Of a stretch of DNA of 36,598 bases, positions 9,505-17,654 are shown piece after piece; the first letter of the stretch is position 1; each line of letters opens with the position of its first letter. Both the position numbers and the translations under genes were made by a program. Source of the stretch: a virus. The notes beneath the pieces are model-generated. The model worked only from the letters and a program-made list of their open reading frames with translations, made no database searches and had not been told where the DNA came from. The DNA lies in IMG/VR virus record IMGVR_UViG_3300025536_000007, positions 1 through 36,598 of that record, one strand, 5' to 3'.

Positions 9505-9513
9505 ATTCTACCA
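9505..9513 (-). promoter_or_regulatory. TG-extended -10 element (TGGTAGAAT) upstream of the portal gene
   Basis: The minus strand reads tggtagaat 3 nt after the TAA of the 1555-aa gene (9517-9519) and 23 nt before the ATG at 9481. Confidence 0.4.
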
Positions 9514-9516
9514 CGA

Positions 9517-12500
9517 TTAGAAGCTCCTGTCAGAGTAATTCTGGCTGCGGTCTCTTTTAATCTCATTCCCTAGTTTTACTTTTATGTTTACAGGGGTAAA
9601 GCGAGCATCAGCTACTTTTGCCATTTGACGAGCCTGGACTGGACTCCAGCGGATGCCTGTGTTGCCTCGGTCTCCTGGCTTGTTAGAAGCTCTCTTTCCG
9701 TCTCCAAAGCCCCAAGGAGTAAAGCCCTTGTCATCTTCGGGATATTGAGCAGCAGGAGTAGCGCCCTTGCTCGCGAGCATTGCGTTCAAAGAGTTCCACA
9801 GATAAGTCTGACCAGATTTAGTTGAGCCCAAGCCATCAGCATCAAAGAAGCCAGTTTCATCAAGCTCATCCATCAAACCAAGCAACTTCTGATAACTTTC
9901 GGAGTTGCTCAAAATAGCAGCCTGCTGTTCGCCTATTTTAGCTTTTTCGGCTGCATATTGCTCATAGCTGATTGCTTTCTGATTCTTGAACCTATCCCAT
10001 AACTGTCTGTCTTGCTCTGCGAGAGTAACATTGAGCATTTCATTCTGGTCAGCAGGCAAATCAGTTGCAGCGATAGCGTTCTTGATAGCCTGCATCGAGA
10101 GCGGCAGCTTAGTGCTCTTTGAGCCACTCTTATTTGGCACTGAAACATCAGATTTAACTTCCCTACCATCAAGCGTCAACAAGTCCATCCCAGTATCACC
10201 ATAAAAGCCCTCACGTATCTGTTGAGCCAAATCAGTTAGCTTGGCATTTTTTTCAAGCTTTTTGGTGTTGTCTGGCGTTTTTTTGCCATTCACTTCTGGT
10301 GCATCAAGGAAAGTAATTGCATCTTGGACTGATTTGAAGTTGTTATTCTTGCCAGTGTCGTAAGTGTTAAACATATCTTGAGTGTTTTTGCCAAGACCAG
10401 CTTCACGACCATATTCTACTAAGTCAGTAATCCTGTCGTTAAATTCAGCTGTACTTGAGTCATTTATGGTCTTATTACTCACAACACCTTGATTATCAAT
10501 AGTACGAACACGACCTGCATTATCTCGACTATCTCTTAGGTCGTTATAGAAATCTGGGTCATAGCTCTTCTGAACAGTATTCTTAAACCATTGAATCATA
10601 TTGTCGTCATAAACGGTTTTAGCGTTCAAGCTCTCGCCTTTTTTACCTGCTACATACGGCTGAATACTATTGTTCGAGCCTGGTACAAATGATTTTGCCG
10701 TGTTAACGGCATAAGACCTAGCGGCATACCCTTCATCTTCGCCACTCGTTAACGAATCTACCGCGCCAGTTGTAGTATTCATTTGGTCAATATAAGGTAG
10801 GCTGCCCGTAACCATCCCAGCATAATATTGCCAGTCTCGAGGATTGCCAGAGGCAATATCGCTCGCCATTGCCTGAGCTGTACCAGCTAAAGCGATTGGC
10901 AATTCAAGTGAGGTTGCACGAATCGGAACGTACTCATTATCGCCGACCTTGATTGACCAGCCTCGTGGCTTATCAACTTCGTCACCATCGTTGTATTGAA
11001 TCATACCAGAGCTTGCGAGAGCAGCAGCACCACTCATTATTCCATAATCAACAAGCTTACTTTTAATAGTGTTAATTGCGTTGGCAGTACCGCCACGCTG
11101 GTCAACACGGATTTCATCGAGCAAGCTCTTTGCAAACGGATTGAGGTCTTGCCTCACCGTAGTTTTCATCAAATTAGTAGCTGTACGAACGAATGGGAAA
11201 ATCAGGTTTTTAGCCGCCATTAAGCCGCGTGCTCGGGTCGCATCCTCTTTAGAGAGTCCAGCAATCATCTGGTCAGCGAGGCTGTTATGGTTCTCGACTC
11301 GATTTAAGAACTCTGTTTTTGCTCCATCATCACCAGTACGGATATATTCTTTCCAAGCTTTTAGAGCGTCAGTTGCTTGCTTGCGGTTCGTCATGCCGTT
11401 ATCAACACCGATAAAGGTGTTTACGAGAGCTTCCATTTCATTACCAGCTGTACCAGATAGTTTTTTAGCCTGTGCGCTGCTCAGGTCACGACCTTCGAGT
11501 TCTTTGTACGCCCAACGAGTCAATTCTTCTCGAACAGCACCACGACGAGTGTTTGCCAATGATGTAGTCGGAATCATAGCTGTTCGATAGGTGTTGCCGA
11601 CAATATATTTAACGGCTTCAACAGGGCTACGAGGAGCACCTTTCCAATTGCTCAACTCAGCCTTAGCAGTATCTTTGAGAATATTACCATTGCCAAAGGT
11701 ACTCTTCAGCATCTTGCCTGGGTTTTTTGCCATCAATTTAAGATTAGCGCTGATTTCCTGGGCAATGTTGCGCTCAACAAGCCCTGCGCTTGTCAAAACA
11801 CTGGCGTTACGAGTACCAATAATATTTGTCATATTGTTGACAACACGAGTCTTGAAGTCACGACTGCCTTCCATTCGGTTAATCTCGCTCATAAGTCGGC
11901 GCATAGTTTGAGCCATATCACGAGTTACCCGAGAACGGTCACGAGAGACGTTCGGGTCAAGTGCGTCTTCGCCACCTTCAGCATAAGCCTTCTGATTCGA
12001 CGCTTCGAGCTGATTATATTCTTGGAGTTGCCGTTCGAGCGCCTCAAATTGAGTAGTGACACGCTCAGCCTGTCTTGGCTTCACCCCACCTTCGCGCAGA
12101 ATCTCACGAACGGGGCTCTCAGTATCTTTGCCCATGCCTACAGCATCAGCAATCTGTTGCTTCACAGCAGAGCTATCATCTAGCAACGGCATGAGCCTTT
12201 GAGCCACTTCAGCACGAGTCATTGGAGAGCCGTCAGGGTTAGTACCAGGTATATTCGTTGCCATTTCGTCAGGAATGTTCTCGTCAACACGAGGGGTCTG
12301 GGCTTCAGCCTGTTGAAGTTGCTGATTGATGACTGCTTCTTCAGCCTGATTTTTGCCAACTCGAGCTTCTTGTAAGCCGCGGATTTCCTCAGAGCGCACA
12401 ACTGGTAAATCGATAGGTCGTACAGGGGCAACTCCATCCATCGTAACGGGAGCATCGGCAGGTCGCACAATACCATCAGCTACAGGAGAAACATCAGCAA

Positions 12501-14184
12501 CGTTCACTGGAGCTTCAACATTAGCTGGGACTCCATCAATAATTGCAGGAGCTTCGAGTTCTGGGTCACGAATAGGGCTTACTCCAACGGGGTCAGTACT
12601 CACTACGCCGTCTGGCATAGGTGCTTCAGGTATATCCAATAATTCAGGTGTGTTTCTGCCCACTGGAGTTAGGTTAGCGTTCTCGACAGAAACATTTTCG
12701 CCAGCGACAACAGGAGTTACGGTAGATTCATCGACGACACCAGTTCGTTCGATAGGAGCAAGCTCTTCAGCGAACTTAGGGGCAAACTCAATGTTAGCAT
12801 CATCTACAGGGGTGTACTCAAGCTCGGGGAGATTCTCGGCGAGAGAACCAGCATTTGCGCCGCCACCGCGATTCCTAAATCGGTTGACTCCTGCAGCAGT
12901 ACCAGTAAAGACACCACCAGCCGCAGTACCAACTACAGCAGATTGACCAACTTGCGTTAGAAGTTCTGCAACCTTATCGGCATCAATTTCGCCATTTTCA
13001 TCAAGTAGAGTGCCGTCATTGCCGAAATATTCAGCAGCGGCTTGAGCGCCAGCCTCACCACCTTCTATCAAAGAAGGGACAACATAATCAGCGGTCAATT
13101 TTTTTAGTAGAGTTTTTTCAGCCTGAGTAGCAGTTTTAGTCGCGACCTTAGCGCCCAAAGACTGAACCAATTTACCACTACCACCGAGGAACGTACCAAC
13201 AACATCTATTGCACCAGAACCAGCACGACCAGCTCGTTCGCCAGCGTCAAGCTCTTCTTGGAGTCCAGTGGTGTAATCCGTACCCTCACCAGCGCCAGCC
13301 TCATAAATAGCCTTACCGCCTATAGGCAGAGCAGTAGCAACACCCTGAATGACATTGCCACCAAAACGGAATACATCATCAACCCCAGTATTTTGCTTGT
13401 CGTCAACACCAGCTACAGCATCATAAGCGCTCATTTGTCGCATGGCGTTTACGGTGTCATTGAGCCGACCAAAGAACCCAGAGTCGTTTTTATCGAAAGC
13501 ACCAATGGCTTCGCCAGCAGCACGACCACGAGTTGAGTTGTCTTCAGCTAGGGCTGAGTTGTAAGCTGCCAGTTTTTTGGCTTGATTTGCCGCGTTAGCG
13601 TCAAGCACATTGCCATTATCATCGTAAGCTCGGTTGAGTAGCTCAGTATTGTATCTGGTACGAGCCATTGTTTCAGCTCGTCTTGAAGCTGCGCCACCGT
13701 CCATGAGACGACCCCAAAAATCTAGGCTGTCTTTCTCCTGCTTAAACGCATCGTCATAATACTTTTTCCAACCAGTATCTTGTTTAATTTCCTCAACATC
13801 GAGTGTTTGCCCTTGACTATCTTGAGCGTTGCCTTCGCGGAACTCACGAGACCGCTCAGCAGCGGCAACTGCAACAGCTCTAGCGGCAGATTGTCGGCGA
13901 GCTTCTGCAATTTCAGCGTCTCTTTGCATCTTCTGTTCATCGACTTGAGCCTTTTGGTCAGATACTAAATAATTTCCTGGGTCGGGAACTTGTGCTACTG
14001 GCTGTTGAGGCTGGTTGAAAATACCGCCCTGTTGCTGGTCATCTTCCTGCACGGCTGGAGCATCAGCCCCACTTGGAGCTGGTTGCCAAGAACCACCCTG
14101 AACAGAGGCAATTTGCTTTATTGCCGTACCGCCGAACAGGTCGTCTTTTTTATCTTCCTCGTCACCCCAGTTTATCAATGCCAT
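9517..14184 (-). CDS. Giant virion protein (internal/ejection protein or tape-measure-like), 1555 aa
   Basis: Single uninterrupted ORF. It has a Gln/Asp-rich N-terminus, Ala/Gly-rich helical stretches and a Pro/Val-rich linker (about 12400-12850). Its size and position next to the portal resemble podovirus internal virion proteins. Confidence 0.5.
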   Translation of the reverse strand: MALINWGDEEDKKDDLFGGTAIKQIASVQGGSWQPAPSGADAPAVQEDDQQQGGIFNQPQQPVAQVPDPGNYLVSDQKAQVDEQKMQRDAEIAEARRQSAARAVAVAAAERSREFREGNAQDSQGQTLDVEEIKQDTGWKKYYDDAFKQEKDSLDFWGRLMDGGAASRRAETMARTRYNTELLNRAYDDNGNVLDANAANQAKKLAAYNSALAEDNSTRGRAAGEAIGAFDKNDSGFFGRLNDTVNAMRQMSAYDAVAGVDDKQNTGVDDVFRFGGNVIQGVATALPIGGKAIYEAGAGEGTDYTTGLQEELDAGERAGRAGSGAIDVVGTFLGGSGKLVQSLGAKVATKTATQAEKTLLKKLTADYVVPSLIEGGEAGAQAAAEYFGNDGTLLDENGEIDADKVAELLTQVGQSAVVGTAAGGVFTGTAAGVNRFRNRGGGANAGSLAENLPELEYTPVDDANIEFAPKFAEELAPIERTGVVDESTVTPVVAGENVSVENANLTPVGRNTPELLDIPEAPMPDGVVSTDPVGVSPIRDPELEAPAIIDGVPANVEAPVNVADVSPVADGIVRPADAPVTMDGVAPVRPIDLPVVRSEEIRGLQEARVGKNQAEEAVINQQLQQAEAQTPRVDENIPDEMATNIPGTNPDGSPMTRAEVAQRLMPLLDDSSAVKQQIADAVGMGKDTESPVREILREGGVKPRQAERVTTQFEALERQLQEYNQLEASNQKAYAEGGEDALDPNVSRDRSRVTRDMAQTMRRLMSEINRMEGSRDFKTRVVNNMTNIIGTRNASVLTSAGLVERNIAQEISANLKLMAKNPGKMLKSTFGNGNILKDTAKAELSNWKGAPRSPVEAVKYIVGNTYRTAMIPTTSLANTRRGAVREELTRWAYKELEGRDLSSAQAKKLSGTAGNEMEALVNTFIGVDNGMTNRKQATDALKAWKEYIRTGDDGAKTEFLNRVENHNSLADQMIAGLSKEDATRARGLMAAKNLIFPFVRTATNLMKTTVRQDLNPFAKSLLDEIRVDQRGGTANAINTIKSKLVDYGIMSGAAALASSGMIQYNDGDEVDKPRGWSIKVGDNEYVPIRATSLELPIALAGTAQAMASDIASGNPRDWQYYAGMVTGSLPYIDQMNTTTGAVDSLTSGEDEGYAARSYAVNTAKSFVPGSNNSIQPYVAGKKGESLNAKTVYDDNMIQWFKNTVQKSYDPDFYNDLRDSRDNAGRVRTIDNQGVVSNKTINDSSTAEFNDRITDLVEYGREAGLGKNTQDMFNTYDTGKNNNFKSVQDAITFLDAPEVNGKKTPDNTKKLEKNAKLTDLAQQIREGFYGDTGMDLLTLDGREVKSDVSVPNKSGSKSTKLPLSMQAIKNAIAATDLPADQNEMLNVTLAEQDRQLWDRFKNQKAISYEQYAAEKAKIGEQQAAILSNSESYQKLLGLMDELDETGFFDADGLGSTKSGQTYLWNSLNAMLASKGATPAAQYPEDDKGFTPWGFGDGKRASNKPGDRGNTGIRWSPVQARQMAKVADARFTPVNIKVKLGNEIKRDRSQNYSDRSF

Positions 14185-14218
14185 GTTTTTGTTTTTCCTT
14201 TTTTCGGATTATATGTGT

Positions 14219-14227
14219 ATTGTATCA
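14219..14227 (-). promoter_or_regulatory. TG-extended -10 element (TGATACAAT) upstream of the 1555-aa gene
   Basis: The minus strand reads tgatacaat directly after the TAA at 14228-14230, 34 nt before the ATG at 14184. Confidence 0.4.
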
Positions 14228-14917
14228 TTATTTGAGCAATTTTGTTGATGCTTCATGTTTGAGTAGCACCTCTCTCCAAAACGGTATTGCGTCACGACTA
14301 TCGAGCACTTCTCTCTCAATTGCTTCAACGCCTGGACTGCCATAATGCGGTATCTCAACTTCACATCCAAGGACTTGAGCCTCTATGTTACAGCGCCCCT
14401 CAGCAATCACTCGTCTGTATTTAGCCATCTCTTCCAAAAGCCTCCTGCGGTCAAGCCCCCCGACATGGTGAACCTCCATAGGTAAAGAATTTATATAGCT
14501 ACTCTTAAACTTCCAAAAATTACCAATAAAGGCAATATCTCTTATCTTTTCAGTCTTGAATTTCTCCACATATTTTGTATCGACACTCAATGGTATGTAA
14601 ACCGCTTTTTCTCCAACGGCTTCCAGCTTCTCTACAGTCGATGGCTTAGAGCATACCCACAAAATATTTTTTTCTAAAAATTGCTTATACATCTTTTCGG
14701 GGCTCAAATTGTGATGGCAAACAAATATACAGTTGTTAGGCACTTTTCTTGGCTGAAGCGTCCCGCCAGCAGTCACAATAAACACATTCGCTTTGATATG
14801 AGGTAAGATTAGCTCTTCAATCTCTTGACCATAATAGTGAGCGCCGTTATGAACATTCCCGATGCCGCGATTACGCCAAGCGCGGTAAGGAGGGTCTGTT
14901 GTGCCGAGCACCTTCAC
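14228..14917 (-). CDS. Glycosyltransferase-like protein (GT-B/CgeB-type C-terminal motif), moron gene 2
   Basis: 229 aa. The GTG start overlaps the nitroreductase stop (GTGA). The segment RDIAFIGNF...RRVIAEGRCNIEAQVLGCEV resembles the conserved ...fvG...R.fEa.a.G... end of group-1 glycosyltransferases. This is a weak motif-level call. Confidence 0.35.
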   Translation of the reverse strand: MKVLGTTDPPYRAWRNRGIGNVHNGAHYYGQEIEELILPHIKANVFIVTAGGTLQPRKVPNNCIFVCHHNLSPEKMYKQFLEKNILWVCSKPSTVEKLEAVGEKAVYIPLSVDTKYVEKFKTEKIRDIAFIGNFWKFKSSYINSLPMEVHHVGGLDRRRLLEEMAKYRRVIAEGRCNIEAQVLGCEVEIPHYGSPGVEAIEREVLDSRDAIPFWREVLLKHEASTKLLK

Positions 14918-15531
14918 AGAAGCACACTTTCAATTAACCGACGGGTCTTTTCTATCGGCTCTGGGTGTGGATAGCCGAGAGCTATTGCCCCACAGTAAAT
15001 CAAGTCATCACCACCGAATCGCTCATAAAAGTAGTCTCGGTCAGCACTTCTCACCTGTGGATTTATAAATGCTGTATGCAGACCAAGTGAAGTCGCCACC
15101 AGCATTGCCGTTTGAGCCATAATGCCAGCATCCAAATAAGAGTTGTAATTCACCTCGTCCCCGTTTTCGCCGCCCTTATAGGCATTTTTGTTGGCAAAAA
15201 GCATCAAAACTGTCGGTGCTCGGTACATCCAGCCAGTTCCACCTACGAGCAAGCCGTTTAACAGGGCTTTATCATCTCGGTCTTGTACAACCCTAACTCT
15301 CGCGCCAAAACGGTCACAGGAAGACGGACAATGCCTCAAAGTATCGAGAATCTTCTCTAAAAATTCAGAATCGACCTGTCTGTCGTCAAATCGCCTATTT
15401 GAGTGACGCTCTTTGACTAAAGCTATCAATTCATCTCGCTTACCGCCTGGGTGTGACTGATGAGCCAAGTATCGAGCTTGAAATTCATCTACATTTTCAC
15501 TTTTTATTTCTGAGCCTACGCTATTCTTCAT
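14914..15531 (-). CDS. Nitroreductase-family flavoprotein, moron gene 1
   Basis: 205 aa. The segment RHSNRRFDDRQVDSEFLEKILDTLRHCPSSCDRFGARVRVVQDRDDKALL matches the nitroreductase N-terminal signature (R-S-x-R-x-F ... PS ... vv). No Shine-Dalgarno site precedes the ATG. Confidence 0.7.
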   Translation of the reverse strand: MKNSVGSEIKSENVDEFQARYLAHQSHPGGKRDELIALVKERHSNRRFDDRQVDSEFLEKILDTLRHCPSSCDRFGARVRVVQDRDDKALLNGLLVGGTGWMYRAPTVLMLFANKNAYKGGENGDEVNYNSYLDAGIMAQTAMLVATSLGLHTAFINPQVRSADRDYFYERFGGDDLIYCGAIALGYPHPEPIEKTRRLIESVLL

Positions 15532-15545
15532 ATCTTGATTATAAA

Positions 15546-15572
15546 CAAAAAAACAGGGTATTTCTACCCTGT
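15546..15572 (-). terminator. Rho-independent terminator after the capsid gene
   Basis: The minus strand reads ACAGGGTA-GAAA-TACCCTGT, a perfect 8-bp stem with a GAAA loop, followed by TTTTTTT. It lies 22 nt after the capsid stop. Confidence 0.85.
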
Positions 15573-15593
15573 TTAATTGTCGGTTTCAAGTGA

Positions 15594-16436
15594 CTAGCTT
15601 GAGACTGAAGTTTCGAGGATGGCTGCGACACCTTTTTGCTTTGGAACTGACACGACACAAGTGTACATGTAGAGACAGAGCAATAGGCTACCAAATGCTG
15701 CTGCACTCTCACCAACCTTGGAGTCATCCAAGAATCGGGGAGCTGAAACGACATCTGGGTTAACCACGACCATACCAACATTGTCTGCTAATAGGTCGGC
15801 TGGCACTTCCTTGATTTTGATGCCAGCGAGCATACCGATGTCACCGCTACGCAAGGTCTTTTCAGTACCAGGCGTATAAGGAACGAAGTGGTCGCTCAGA
15901 CGAATGCTATCGGCAGTGGTCGTATTCACATAACCAAGCATTTTCTTACCAAGGCGAGCATTGATAAGGAACGCACGAGCTGCTAGAACATCTGCGTAAC
16001 CATCAGCCGTTGCAGCAACGTTCTGACTGTTAGCAGTGGCAATTGCTGCCAAAATACCGAGACGATAAGCGTCGATTAACGGAACAAGCTGCTCTGTGAC
16101 AATAGCATGAAGGACTTTTCCACCTTCGGTGATGCTGTTGTTAGTTGCGATGACTGTTCGGTCAAGGAACTGCTTAATATCTTTTTGCTGGTCAAGCGTG
16201 TAGGTGTTGATAGTCGAGTCAACATTCACGATTCCAGCGATTTGCTCACTGAATGTATCAGTAGCGTCGTGGTTAGTAACTGCGCCAGCAGTAACTACAG
16301 TACGAACTTTAACTGTCTTAGAACCCTTCTCGAACTTGATTTCTTTGTTATTTCCTTCAAGTTCTTTTGTGTAGCTTTCGTCATCAAACGGCTGGTCAAT
16401 GACTGGGCTATAAATTTCTGAAGCTGTAATAGCCAT
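15594..16436 (-). CDS. Probable major capsid protein
   Basis: 280 aa. It is driven by the strongest consensus promoter in the arm, carries a long leader and is followed by a strong terminator. It sits just after the scaffold-like genes. Confidence 0.6.
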   Translation of the reverse strand: MAITASEIYSPVIDQPFDDESYTKELEGNNKEIKFEKGSKTVKVRTVVTAGAVTNHDATDTFSEQIAGIVNVDSTINTYTLDQQKDIKQFLDRTVIATNNSITEGGKVLHAIVTEQLVPLIDAYRLGILAAIATANSQNVAATADGYADVLAARAFLINARLGKKMLGYVNTTTADSIRLSDHFVPYTPGTEKTLRSGDIGMLAGIKIKEVPADLLADNVGMVVVNPDVVSAPRFLDDSKVGESAAAFGSLLLCLYMYTCVVSVPKQKGVAAILETSVSS

Positions 16437-16579
16437 AATTTTTACCCTTTCGAGGTCTAATTTTTAATAGTGTTTGTGTTGATGACACACGATTACATCG
16501 AGTGCTATCCGCTTTATTCGCCGAAGGAAGTGACTACCTTTACACCTTTTTCTCAACTAATAAGCGTTAAGCTAATTTG

Positions 16580-16609
16580 ATTATAGCGTGATAATTTTAA
16601 CTTTGTCAA
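16580..16609 (-). promoter_or_regulatory. Consensus sigma-70-type promoter for the capsid gene (TTGACA-18-TATAAT)
   Basis: The minus strand reads ttgacaaagttaaaattatcacgctataat. This leaves a ~135-nt leader before the ATG at 16436. Confidence 0.7.
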
Positions 16610-16715
16610 CAAGCAAAAAGCGCCCTGTAGAGAGCGCTCTGCTTCCAAGGATTTATTACGGTTAAACCCTGTCCGACCAAAACCGACAGCCTAAATGACT
16701 GCAAAAACCATTGTA

Positions 16716-17375
16716 CTACAATGCTTCAACTTCTTCAGTTTGAAGGTCAGCTTCCTTTTCTTCAATGCTTTTGAGCTGAACTTTGGAAAGCACACCAGTT
16801 GAATTTTCGCGAAGCATGATTTCACCAGTCCTCTTGCTTCTCACAACAGAGAACATCGACTGAACGTGCTTGTCTGAGGTGATTTTGATTCGCTTGTCTT
16901 CCTTGCTGGCACTCAACCCTTCACGGATTGCTGCTGCAATTTCAGAACCTTCACTTGGTTTTTCAGCCTTAGCCTCTTCCTCGAGACGTTTCTGCTCTTC
17001 GATAGCTGCCTGAGCCTCTTCCTCTTCCTTGCGAGCAACTTCAGCGGCAGCTTCGGCAGCTTGACGCTCGACTTCCAACTCTTCTTCAGTTTTCTCTGGC
17101 TCAGTCGGAGTAGTTGGTTCGGTTGGAAGTGTTGGCTCATCTCCAGCTGGAGTAACGTCTTCTGAGCTATCGTTATCAGAACCTTCGTCCCCACCATCGT
17201 TGGTGTCCTGTGGCTCATCCGCACCATTTTCTTCGTTTTCTGGTGTGGTGGTGTTTTCATCACCAGCTAGTGCTTGGTCAATTGCAGTCTGAATTTCCTC
17301 GTCAGTAACACCTTCGGTGAACTCAAGACCCAGTTCTTTTGCGTCTGCAAGTAGTTTTTCTCGGTTATTTTCCAT
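16716..17375 (-). CDS. Acidic scaffold-like protein with N-terminal HeH/Rho-N-like motif
   Basis: I prefer the start ATG at 17375 (RBS gagaggagaaataatcATG), giving MENNREKLLADAKELGLEFTEGVTDEEIQTAIDQ. A long E/A/T/P-rich coiled region follows. Confidence 0.5.
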   Translation of the reverse strand: MENNREKLLADAKELGLEFTEGVTDEEIQTAIDQALAGDENTTTPENEENGADEPQDTNDGGDEGSDNDSSEDVTPAGDEPTLPTEPTTPTEPEKTEEELEVERQAAEAAAEVARKEEEEAQAAIEEQKRLEEEAKAEKPSEGSEIAAAIREGLSASKEDKRIKITSDKHVQSMFSVVRSKRTGEIMLRENSTGVLSKVQLKSIEEKEADLQTEEVEAL

Positions 17376-17377
17376 GA

Positions 17378-17611
17378 TTATTTCTCCTCTCGTGAGAATG
17401 TTACTGCTTTTACTGCCCACATTTGCGCGGTCTGAGCTTCCGTAATTGCTACTGAAGCCAAACGAGCTCGCTCGTCGCGGTTCTCACCACGGTCATCGTT
17501 CAAGATGTCAGCTATTTCAGCATATAGTTCTTTTAATTTTGTTACCTTTTCGTCGCCACTAGGGTTAAACGATACGCCCATTGCTTTCTGACCGAATGTT
17601 GGGTTATCCAT
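17378..17611 (-). CDS. Small conserved-looking phage protein, unknown function
   Basis: 77-aa ORF with RBS aagaggagaaataatattATG. Its stop lies 2 nt before the next ATG. Confidence 0.55.
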   Translation of the reverse strand: MDNPTFGQKAMGVSFNPSGDEKVTKLKELYAEIADILNDDRGENRDERARLASVAITEAQTAQMWAVKAVTFSREEK

Positions 17612-17654
17612 AATATTATTTCTCCTCTTATTTTTTTACTATTTTACTATTCTA

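Noticed and set aside
12353-12946. A 197-aa antisense ORF inside the 1555-aa gene, plus several other plus-strand ORFs between 9625 and 14345.
   Set aside because: They lie antisense to a long uninterrupted gene, give Ser/Thr/Gly/Pro low-complexity translations and lack start contexts. These are typical shadow ORFs.
16614-16640. A hairpin AGCGC...GCGCT plus a T-run (minus strand) after the scaffold-like gene, considered as a terminator.
   Set aside because: The stem is only 4-5 bp with a 10-nt loop. This is too weak to call, and read-through into the capsid promoter region is equally plausible.
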